This document shows positions 21,008 to 29,340 of a stretch of DNA of 64,000 nt, one piece after another. The notes beneath the pieces were generated by a model, which ran no database searches, had not been told where the DNA came from, and was given only the letters and a program-made list of their open reading frames with translations. Position numbers and translations under genes: made by a program. The DNA lies in NCBI GenBank assembly GCA_040767965.1, contig JAXGNR010000006.1, positions 155,178 through 219,177 of the forward strand, in the 5' to 3' direction. How positions within the stretch are numbered: the stretch's first letter is position 1; each line of letters starts with the position of its first letter. The DNA is from Atribacterota bacterium. GTDB taxonomy: Bacteria; Atribacterota; Phoenicimicrobiia; Phoenicimicrobiales; Stramentimicrobiaceae.

Positions 21008-22567
21008 TTAATGTTTAAAAGAACGATAACCGGTGAAAACCATTATAAGATTAAACAAATTAGCAGTTTCAATTACTTCTTGATCTCTTTTAGAACCACC
21101 TGGTTGTATAATTGCTTTAATCCCGGCTTTAGCTGCCTCTTCAACACCATCAGCAAAAGGGAAAAAAGCATCAGAAGCAAGATAACTGTCTTTTGCCCGT
21201 ATATCTGCCTTTTTTACTGCAATCTGCACAGAATCAACCCGGCTCATTTGTCCCGCACCAGCTCCAATCAGCTGTTTATTTTTAGCCAGAACAATCGCAT
21301 TTGATTTTACGTGTTTAACCATTTTCCATGCCAATAGTAATTCTTTTATATCTTCAATGTCAGGTTCTCTTTTAGTTACTATCTTAATATCAGCAGGAGT
21401 AATATTTTTCAGATCCCGGTCTTGTACCAAAAACCCTCCAGCTATTTTTTTTATATCCTTAAGATATCTGTCCTGGGAGCGTAAATCTCCAGCCTCTATC
21501 AATCTTCTATTTTTCTTTTTACATATTATCTCCAGAGCTTTTTTACTATATGAAGGAGCTACAATAGCTTCTATAAAAGGTGTTTCATCTATTAATCTGG
21601 CTATTTTATCCTCTACCCTTCTATTAATACCTACAATACTACCATAAGCAGAAAGAGGGTCTCCCTCATACGCTTTCTGATAAGCTTCTTCAATGGTTTC
21701 TGCAGTAGCAAGACCACAGGGGTTAGTATGTTTAATAAAAGTAACTGTTGGCTCATCAAAATCTTTAATAATATTTAAGGCAGCTTCCAAATCAATTAAA
21801 TTATTATAAGATAACTCTTTCCCGCTTAATAATTTTCCAGCTCCTAAGTTGGCCTCCTCAGTTAGTAATTCTTGATAGAAAGCAGCATTTTGGTGAGGAT
21901 TTTCCCCATATCTTAAATTCTCAATCTTTTTTGCTCCAACAACCAGATATTTTCCAAAACAATCTTCATTTGGAGTAAATTGTTTTGTCAAATATTTTGT
22001 TATAAGAGAATCATAATAGGAAGTATGCTGAAAAACTTTTACTGCTAATCTTTTTCTGGTTGACAATTTAGTGTTGCATTGGTTACTTTTTAATTCTTCT
22101 AATACAAGTTTATAATCATCAGGGTCAACTATTACTGTAACATCCTGAAAATTCTTCGCTGCTGCTCTTAATAAAGAAGGTCCGCCAATATCTATATTTT
22201 CAATAGCCTCTTCCAGAAGTACATTCTCTTTAGAAACAGTCTCTTCAAAAGGGTAGAGATTAACAATAACTATTTGGATGGGATCAATGTTTTGTTCTTT
22301 CATTTGTTTTTGATGTTCTCTATTATCACTTTTTGCCAGTAATCCTCCGAATATCAAAGGATGTAATGTTTTTACCCGTCCGTCTAATATTTCAGGAAAG
22401 TTAGTTATTTCAGAAATTGAAGTAACTTCTATTCCGTTATCACCAAGTGTTTTAGCTGTTCCTCCGGTAGAGATAATTTGATATCCCATATCTTTTAAGT
22501 TTTTTGCCAATTCTACAATACCAGTTTTATCAGAAACACTAATTAATGCTTTTTTTAAATTGTTCAA
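21008..22567 (-). CDS. purH: bifunctional AICAR formyltransferase/IMP cyclohydrolase
   Basis: ALISVSDKTG, GRVKTLHP, IDIGGP, LRYGENPHQ, KSNAI, SDAFFPF, QPGGS. Confidence 0.97.
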   Translation of the reverse strand: MNNLKKALISVSDKTGIVELAKNLKDMGYQIISTGGTAKTLGDNGIEVTSISEITNFPEILDGRVKTLHPLIFGGLLAKSDNREHQKQMKEQNIDPIQIVIVNLYPFEETVSKENVLLEEAIENIDIGGPSLLRAAAKNFQDVTVIVDPDDYKLVLEELKSNQCNTKLSTRKRLAVKVFQHTSYYDSLITKYLTKQFTPNEDCFGKYLVVGAKKIENLRYGENPHQNAAFYQELLTEEANLGAGKLLSGKELSYNNLIDLEAALNIIKDFDEPTVTFIKHTNPCGLATAETIEEAYQKAYEGDPLSAYGSIVGINRRVEDKIARLIDETPFIEAIVAPSYSKKALEIICKKKNRRLIEAGDLRSQDRYLKDIKKIAGGFLVQDRDLKNITPADIKIVTKREPDIEDIKELLLAWKMVKHVKSNAIVLAKNKQLIGAGAGQMSRVDSVQIAVKKADIRAKDSYLASDAFFPFADGVEEAAKAGIKAIIQPGGSKRDQEVIETANLFNLIMVFTGYRSFKH

Positions 22568-22600
22568 TTTTAAAAAACCTTCCCTTTCTGTTCTTAGTAA

Positions 22601-23893
22601 CTACCTGTAGGTAAATTTTATTCCTTTTTCCCCAATATCTTTTCGGTAATACTGATTTTCAAAATATATTTTATCAACGCCTTTATAAGCATTATCAATC
22701 GCATCTTTTAGGTTATCAGCCCAGGCTGTAACTCCCAGAACTCTTCCTCCGTTAGTAATTATCTTACCTTCTTTGTTAGCCGTCCCGGCATGAAAAACCA
22801 TCATATTTTTTTGACCATCTAATTCATCCAGTCCATTAATTATTTTCCCTTTTTCATAATCAGCAGGATATCCTGCTGAGCTCATAACAACACAGACAGA
22901 GGATTTTTCTTCCCACTCCACTTCTACATTCTTTAGGTTTCCTTCTACAGAGGCAATTACAATATCAAGCAAGTCTGTCTTCAAGATTGGAAGAATTGAT
23001 TGGGTTTCAGGATCTCCAAGTCTAGCATTAAACTCTAAAACTTTTGGTCCTTCCTTAGTTAAGATTAATCCAGCATAAAGGACACCTTTAAAAATTCTTT
23101 CTTCTTTTTTCATTCCTGCAATAACTGGTTGAAAAATATTGTTTAAAATCCATTTTTTATCATTATCTTTTAAAAAAGGTACCGGGGCATAAGAGCCCAT
23201 TCCTCCTGTATTCGATCCTTTATCTCCATCATTTATTTTTTTGTGATCCTGTGAAGGCAACATAGGAAGAAAATTCTCTCCATCAGAAAATGCAAGAATT
23301 GATACTTCTTCACCTAAAAGAAATTCCTCTATCACAAGACGATTACCAGCCTTGCCAAATCTTTTTCCCTTCATAACTTCAGAAATTATATCTTTTGCTT
23401 CTTTCAAACTATCTATAACAAAGACACCTTTACCGCCAGCTAGCCCATCAACTTTTAAAACTAATGGGAATGTTTGTTTCTCCACATAAAACAAAGACTT
23501 TGAGTAATCATCAAAAACTTGATATTTTGCAGTTGGTATTTTATACTTATCCATAAAATACTTAGCAAAAACTTTGCTTGACTCTATTTCAGCGGCTTCT
23601 TTTGTGGGACCAAAGATAGGTAATTTGTATTTCTCAAACAGGTTAACGATTCCTAAAGAAAGAGGGTTTTCAGGCCCTACTATAGTTAAATCTATTTTTT
23701 TGGACTTAACTAAATCCAATAAACCATTTATATCTTCAGCTAGGATGTTAAAACATTCAGCATGTTTAGCAATACCAGCATTTCCTGGGGTGCAATATAT
23801 TTTGTTTCTCTTCTTGCTTTGCAGCAATTTCCAGATAAGGGCATGCTCTCTACCACCATTACCGATTACTAATATTCTCAAGCTAATCCTCAC
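22601..23893 (-). CDS. purD: phosphoribosylamine--glycine ligase
   Basis: GNGGREHAL, VGPE, IESSK, GLAGGKGV, QDHK, NTGGMGSY, EFNARLGDPE, GGRVL. Start may be a few codons later. Confidence 0.97.
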   Translation of the reverse strand: MRISLRILVIGNGGREHALIWKLLQSKKRNKIYCTPGNAGIAKHAECFNILAEDINGLLDLVKSKKIDLTIVGPENPLSLGIVNLFEKYKLPIFGPTKEAAEIESSKVFAKYFMDKYKIPTAKYQVFDDYSKSLFYVEKQTFPLVLKVDGLAGGKGVFVIDSLKEAKDIISEVMKGKRFGKAGNRLVIEEFLLGEEVSILAFSDGENFLPMLPSQDHKKINDGDKGSNTGGMGSYAPVPFLKDNDKKWILNNIFQPVIAGMKKEERIFKGVLYAGLILTKEGPKVLEFNARLGDPETQSILPILKTDLLDIVIASVEGNLKNVEVEWEEKSSVCVVMSSAGYPADYEKGKIINGLDELDGQKNMMVFHAGTANKEGKIITNGGRVLGVTAWADNLKDAIDNAYKGVDKIYFENQYYRKDIGEKGIKFTYR

Positions 23894-24013
23894 AATCTGT
23901 TTAAACGCCTTTAAGTTATTCTTATCAACAAGACATAATATAAATAAAATTTGTTTAATTTTCTATGTAAATTAAACAATATGGTTTTATTCAAACATAT
24001 TTTAAAAAGTTAT

Positions 24014-24646
24014 CTAAAATACCTCATAATTTAAATAGCGTAATAAGCTATTCAGGGAGCCTGTTGGAAACAGATAAAGGTTTTCAGGAATTCTTATTCT
24101 TTCCAGAAAAACTGCTCCGGTATTTTTTAATTCTTGAACAGTTTTTTCTTTTTTGAACATCTGAACAAGAACAGGTTCTTTAGCTAACATTAAAGCACTG
24201 CTTTTTAAAGGTTTTGGTTCGTTTATTGTATTACCTAAATAATTAAAAATAACAATATTGGAATTTAAAGAATACTTATTCTTTTGCATAATTGTAATTA
24301 TTTGAGGGAATAACTCTCCTTTTACAAAATTTAAAGGAATTTTTTTTAGCCGATGATGGTAGTCAATATATGTTTGAGAACTACTTTCCAGTTCAATATT
24401 AGATCCTGTTTCTTTTAGACAAATATCCTTCAGAAATCGATCAATCTTATTATCACTCTCTATTTTCCCACCAAAAGCAGAGATCGGAGACTTTCGCTCC
24501 CCTTTTTCCTCAGTCCAATCTTTGCTATCTTTTACACTGAAAACATATTGATTTTTATATTTTAGATATACTGAAATATATATTTCAAAACGTCCCTCTG
24601 CATTGGACAATTTTTCCATAAAGTCATCCATCCAGGAACCATTCAA
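24014..24646 (-). CDS. hypothetical protein, possible degenerate Nudix fold
   Basis: 210-aa ORF with AAGGAG RBS; FGGKIESDNKIDRFLKDICLKETG has Nudix-box spacing but lacks the catalytic residues. Confidence 0.6.
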   Translation of the reverse strand: MNGSWMDDFMEKLSNAEGRFEIYISVYLKYKNQYVFSVKDSKDWTEEKGERKSPISAFGGKIESDNKIDRFLKDICLKETGSNIELESSSQTYIDYHHRLKKIPLNFVKGELFPQIITIMQKNKYSLNSNIVIFNYLGNTINEPKPLKSSALMLAKEPVLVQMFKKEKTVQELKNTGAVFLERIRIPENLYLFPTGSLNSLLRYLNYEVF

Positions 24647-24687
24647 GATAATGCTCCTTTCTTTTTACATATTGTTATAAAAAATTT

Positions 24688-26418
24688 TTAAAACAAATAT
24701 GCATTGGAAACATATTGTAAAACCATTCTATGAGTATTAAAAAAAGATGCATTGATGGCAATACAGTGCCTCATCATGTTAATCCATTGATTTTTATTAT
24801 TATAATATAATGGAATAATATTATCTTCCAATTTTTGATAAAGCGAATTTGCTTCTTCCTGATCAATACTTTCTGTATCAGCAGCAGACCCGATAGACCA
24901 GCCAGTCAACCCTTCTATACAACCTTCAACCCACCAACCATCTAAGATACTAAAACTGGGTATGCCATTATGAGCAGCTTTCATGCCTGAAGTTCCTGAA
25001 GCTTCTTTTGGTTTTCTGGGTGTATTTAGCCATAAATCAACCCCTGATACTAAAACCTTTCCCAGTTCCATATTGTAATTTTCCAAATAGACAATTTTTA
25101 TATAGTCTTTTAGTTGTGCAGATTCATTGATAATTTTTTGAATAAGTTCCTTGCCCATCTGATCTTTTGGATGTGCTTTCCCGGCAAATACAAGCTGAAT
25201 TGTGCCTTTTTTCTTGGTAATATCTATAAGTCTATTTAAATCATGAAAAACTAAATCCGCTCTTTTGTAAGCAGTAGCCCTTCTGGCAAAACCTATCGTC
25301 AGAGAATTCTTATCAAAATTACTGTCAGTTTTATCATTGATATAATCAATAAGCTTGTCTTTGGATTTTTGATGTGCATCCCAAATTTCATTATTTGGAA
25401 TATTAAGAGCATAGCGTAAACTAAAAGGGTCAGTCCTCCATCCAGGTATATAAAGATCATACAGATCAGCAAAGCACTGGTTAGTCCAGGTTGCCGAATG
25501 AATACCATTGGTAATTGAGTCTATATGATACCCGGGGAACATTTCTCTGGAAACTGTGCCATGCCGTTTGGCTACACCATTGATATAATGGCTCAGGTTC
25601 AAGGCCAATTGTGTCATATTCAGCTTATCTTCTCCAGCTAGATTCTTTAAAATATTAAATGGTATTACTTCTCCAAGCACATTACCTACTAAGTCATACG
25701 AAAATTGATCCGTACCTGCAGGCACTGGTGTGTGAGTAGTAAAAACACATTTTTTCTTAACCTGTTCGATATCCCACTGTTTCTCTGCAGTAGCATTATC
25801 TCGACTGAGTAATTCTAAAGCTAACAAACTGGCATGCCCTTCGTTCATATGATATCTTGAAATATCCTGAAATCCTAGCTCGTTAAGCATTTTAACTCCA
25901 CCAATCCCTAAAACAATTTCCTGAGCAAGCCGATAGCGGTCATCGCCACCATACAAATAATTAGAAAGACTTCTGTCATAATCATCATTTTCAGGCAGGT
26001 CAGTATCTAAGAAATAAACAGGAACATACTCTCCGTCTATCCCTTTCACCATATACATCCAGGCCTGAATAGCAACCTTCCTGTTTTCAATATTTACCTG
26101 AATTCTTTCTGTTAATTTTAATAAAGTATCTTCCGGATTCCATTCTTCGGGAAATTCTTGTTGGTAACCCTGCTCATTGAATTTTTGTTTCAAATAACCT
26201 TTTTTGTATAGTAAAGTTACCCCGACCATAGGAACACCTAGATCAGCAGCAGAACGAATGGTATCGCCAGCCAAAACACCCAATCCACCACTATAAGTAG
26301 GAATTCCTGAACCAACACAAATCTCCATAGAAAAATAGGCAATTTTATTTTCTTTTTCAACACATTTTTGATGTTCGTATAGCAAACCCTTTTGTGCTTC
26401 CATTTTTTTCCCTCGCAT
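24688..26418 (-). CDS. glgP: alpha-glucan (glycogen/maltodextrin) phosphorylase
   Basis: IAYFSME, YSGGLGVLAGD, HMNEGH, FTTHTPVPAG, FARRATAYKR, EASGTSGMK (PLP lysine). Start may be the ATG at 26403. Confidence 0.95.
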   Translation of the reverse strand: MRGKKMEAQKGLLYEHQKCVEKENKIAYFSMEICVGSGIPTYSGGLGVLAGDTIRSAADLGVPMVGVTLLYKKGYLKQKFNEQGYQQEFPEEWNPEDTLLKLTERIQVNIENRKVAIQAWMYMVKGIDGEYVPVYFLDTDLPENDDYDRSLSNYLYGGDDRYRLAQEIVLGIGGVKMLNELGFQDISRYHMNEGHASLLALELLSRDNATAEKQWDIEQVKKKCVFTTHTPVPAGTDQFSYDLVGNVLGEVIPFNILKNLAGEDKLNMTQLALNLSHYINGVAKRHGTVSREMFPGYHIDSITNGIHSATWTNQCFADLYDLYIPGWRTDPFSLRYALNIPNNEIWDAHQKSKDKLIDYINDKTDSNFDKNSLTIGFARRATAYKRADLVFHDLNRLIDITKKKGTIQLVFAGKAHPKDQMGKELIQKIINESAQLKDYIKIVYLENYNMELGKVLVSGVDLWLNTPRKPKEASGTSGMKAAHNGIPSFSILDGWWVEGCIEGLTGWSIGSAADTESIDQEEANSLYQKLEDNIIPLYYNNKNQWINMMRHCIAINASFFNTHRMVLQYVSNAYLF

Positions 26419-26534
26419 TATTTTTTAGAATTTATATTATTCTATTCATCAGATCATCAGAAATTTATTTTAACTTATTAGATTTTATCATATATATTCA
26501 ACTTCTTATAATGTCTTTTTCTATTTTAATAAAA

Positions 26535-26567
26535 TAGATTTTTTATAGATTTTTTATAAATTTTTTA
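26535..26567. repeat. triple 11-bp direct repeat in the glgP / histidine kinase divergent promoter region
   Basis: TAGATTTTTTA TAGATTTTTTA TAAATTTTTTA. Confidence 0.6.
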
Positions 26568-26698
26568 TCTGTACTTTAAAATGATATCATATAATATTAA
26601 TTGAAGAAAATATTGCATTTAAAATGAGTTATCAAATTTTGAATTTACACTTTTTTGCTGTAATCATTATAAAAATACTTTGGAAAATATAAAAAACG

Positions 26699-28171
26699 AT
26701 GACAATCCAAAGACGTTTATGGATAGCTAATATAATATTGATTTTTATAACAATTTTATTACTAATGGGAGTAAGTATTATTATCACTGAAAACTTGTTC
26801 AACTTTATTGGCTTTACTCCCCAAACCGGTCATATAGACCCTTTAAGCAGAAATCTATTTAGAGTAGAAAGAACTGTTAATACTGCAAAAGAAAAAAACC
26901 CAGACCAGTTTTTGGACAATACCTACCTTGATCAAATAAATGATTTCTTGGTTACATCAAACATAGGATTGATAGTAGAGAAGGAAGAACAAATTATTTT
27001 TTTATCTCCTTTTTTAGAAGAAATCGGTTTTGATAAAAATAAATTTTCTCCTCAGCAGCTTATTCAAGAGGAAGAAAAAAGGAATATTGTTAAACTTTCA
27101 GAAAACCTGTTTATGGTAATGATCCCGATACAGTTTGGTGATAATACTGATGGAAATTTATTGTTAATTAACGATTCCTCTTCTTTATCTCAAGAACTGA
27201 ATAGATTTAAGAATTCAATTATTTATACTTTAATTCTTTTTTTGATTATTATAATAAGTATAAATACTTTAATAACTTACTTTTTATCAAAACAAATTGT
27301 AAATCCACTTATAAAATTAAAAAATGCAGCATTACAAATAAAAAATGGTAATTATAATTTTAGTTTACAAGCTCCATCAAAAGATGAGATAGGTGCCTTG
27401 TTCACCAGTTTTGAATCAGCCAGGGAAAGATTAAAAAAATCCGAAGATATAAAAAATAAATATGAACAAAGCCGTAATGAATTAATTACAAATATTTCAC
27501 ACGATTTAAAAACACCTATTACTACTATTAAGGGCTATGTAGAAGGTATTCTTGATGGAGTCCCTAAAACCAAAGAAAAAGAAAATAAATACTTACAAAC
27601 TATACGACAAAATGTTGCTCATATGGAAAATTTAATCGAAGATTTATTTTTACTTTCAAAATTCGATCTGGAGCAACCTTTTTATAATTTTGAAAATATC
27701 AACATTAAAGATTATTTAACAGATTCTTTTGAAGAATTGAAATTCTACTTGCAGGAAAAAGGAATTCAGCTGGAATTTACTGTTGATTATGATGAAAAAG
27801 AACTGGTAAAAGCTGATCGGCAACAATTAAAAAGGGTTATTTTAAATATAATAAATAACGCAGTTAATTTTAAAAATGATACAAATTCTATCATAAAAAT
27901 GTTTCTTAACAAAAATGAAGATAATGCTGTAGTAGTGATAAATGATAATGGAAAAGGAGTTTCTGAAGAAATCCTTAATAAAATTTTTAATCGTTTTTAT
28001 AAGGCAGATGAATCACGTTCAGATCGCTCTTCTGGTACCGGACTCGGTTTGTATATAGCCAAAAAAATTATCCTGGATCATGGAGGAAATATTTGGGCAA
28101 AAAGCCAACCGGGGATAGGTACAAGTATTTTCTTTACCTTAAAAATAGCCAATAATAAAAAAGGGCAATAA
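26699..28171 (+). CDS. HAMP-domain sensor histidine kinase
   Basis: Two TM segments, HAMP (DEIGAL), H-box SHDLKTPIT, N-box NIINNA, DNGKG, GTGLGL. Confidence 0.95.
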   Translation: MTIQRRLWIANIILIFITILLLMGVSIIITENLFNFIGFTPQTGHIDPLSRNLFRVERTVNTAKEKNPDQFLDNTYLDQINDFLVTSNIGLIVEKEEQIIFLSPFLEEIGFDKNKFSPQQLIQEEEKRNIVKLSENLFMVMIPIQFGDNTDGNLLLINDSSSLSQELNRFKNSIIYTLILFLIIIISINTLITYFLSKQIVNPLIKLKNAALQIKNGNYNFSLQAPSKDEIGALFTSFESARERLKKSEDIKNKYEQSRNELITNISHDLKTPITTIKGYVEGILDGVPKTKEKENKYLQTIRQNVAHMENLIEDLFLLSKFDLEQPFYNFENINIKDYLTDSFEELKFYLQEKGIQLEFTVDYDEKELVKADRQQLKRVILNIINNAVNFKNDTNSIIKMFLNKNEDNAVVVINDNGKGVSEEILNKIFNRFYKADESRSDRSSGTGLGLYIAKKIILDHGGNIWAKSQPGIGTSIFFTLKIANNKKGQ

Positions 28172-28172
28172 T

Positions 28173-28862
28173 ATGAGTAAAATCTTAATAATTGAAGATC
28201 AGCAGAGTATTGCTGAACTGGAAAAAGATTATTTAGAAATAAATAACTTTCAAGTCGATATAATAACTAATGGTCAAGAAGGCTTAAAAAAAGCATTAGA
28301 ACTGGATTATGACCTGATTTTACTGGACTTAATGCTCCCGGACATAAATGGTTTTGAAGTATGTAAAAAAATACGTGAAGAAAAAAATATTCCCATTTTG
28401 ATTATCTCTGCAAGAGGACAGGATATAGACAAAATAAGAGGCCTGGGATTAGGAGCAGATGATTATATAAGTAAACCTTTTAGCCCCAATGAGCTTGTAG
28501 CCAGAGTAAAAGCCCACTTGAATCGTTTCAACAGACTTACCGGTAAAACTGAAAACACAAAACATGAAATACACATCAAAAATCTCACTATAAACCAAAT
28601 TTCTCATCGGGTATTTCTCGATAATAAAGAAATCTATCTAACAACTAAGGAATTTGAAATATTAAATTTTTTAGCTTCTCACCCAAATATTGTTTTCAGC
28701 AAAAAACAGCTATACGAACAGATCTGGGGAGATAATTCTTATGGAGATATTGCCACTATCGCTGTTCATATTAAAAAAATCAGAGATAAAATAGAAAATG
28801 ACCCCCAAAATCCACTTTTTATTGATACTTTATGGGGTTCTGGGTATCGGTTTAACAAATGA
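28173..28862 (+). CDS. OmpR/PhoB family response regulator
   Basis: IIEDQ, LLDLMLP, GADDYISKPF, winged-helix LTTKEFEIL...TLWGSGYRF. Confidence 0.95.
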   Translation: MSKILIIEDQQSIAELEKDYLEINNFQVDIITNGQEGLKKALELDYDLILLDLMLPDINGFEVCKKIREEKNIPILIISARGQDIDKIRGLGLGADDYISKPFSPNELVARVKAHLNRFNRLTGKTENTKHEIHIKNLTINQISHRVFLDNKEIYLTTKEFEILNFLASHPNIVFSKKQLYEQIWGDNSYGDIATIAVHIKKIRDKIENDPQNPLFIDTLWGSGYRFNK

Positions 28863-28926
28863 TTTGATTTTTCCATCAAAATACTATAGTGTAAAAATGT
28901 AAATTTAATTAGATAAGGGGTAATAT

Positions 28927-29328
28927 ATGGAAATTCCAAAAGACATTCAAACAATTATCAATGATGATAAAGCATTTGCTTTCGCAACTGTGAGTAGTTC
29001 TGGCATTCCTAACATTAATATGATAGGAATAAAAAAAATTGAAGATAATGAAACAATTTTAATAGCAGATAATTATTTTTATAAAACCTTTGATAATTTA
29101 CAGGAAAATTGTAATGCTTCAATCCTCACCAAAAGAATTGAAGATAAACTATGGTATCAATTAAAAGGTACCTGTCAATATATAAATGAAGGTCCAAAGT
29201 ATGAAGAGTTTAAAAAATGGGTAAAATTAAAAAAAGAGACATTGCCAGCAAAAGGAATGGTTATTTTCAAAGTTAAACAAATATATCATACCTCTGCAGG
29301 CCCAGATGCTGGTAAGCCTATTGCTTAA
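28927..29328 (+). CDS. pyridoxamine 5'-phosphate oxidase-like FMN-binding protein
   Basis: FATVSSSGIPN, DNYFYKTFDNLQEN, YQLKG, C-terminal GPDAGKPI. Confidence 0.8.
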   Translation: MEIPKDIQTIINDDKAFAFATVSSSGIPNINMIGIKKIEDNETILIADNYFYKTFDNLQENCNASILTKRIEDKLWYQLKGTCQYINEGPKYEEFKKWVKLKKETLPAKGMVIFKVKQIYHTSAGPDAGKPIA

Positions 29329-29340
29329 TATTTTGATTTT

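Noticed and set aside
23894-24013. Purine or ZTP riboswitch upstream of purD-purH
   Set aside because: Only an AT-rich 11-bp inverted repeat (23951-23979) is present; no aptamer consensus is recognisable and the space is short.
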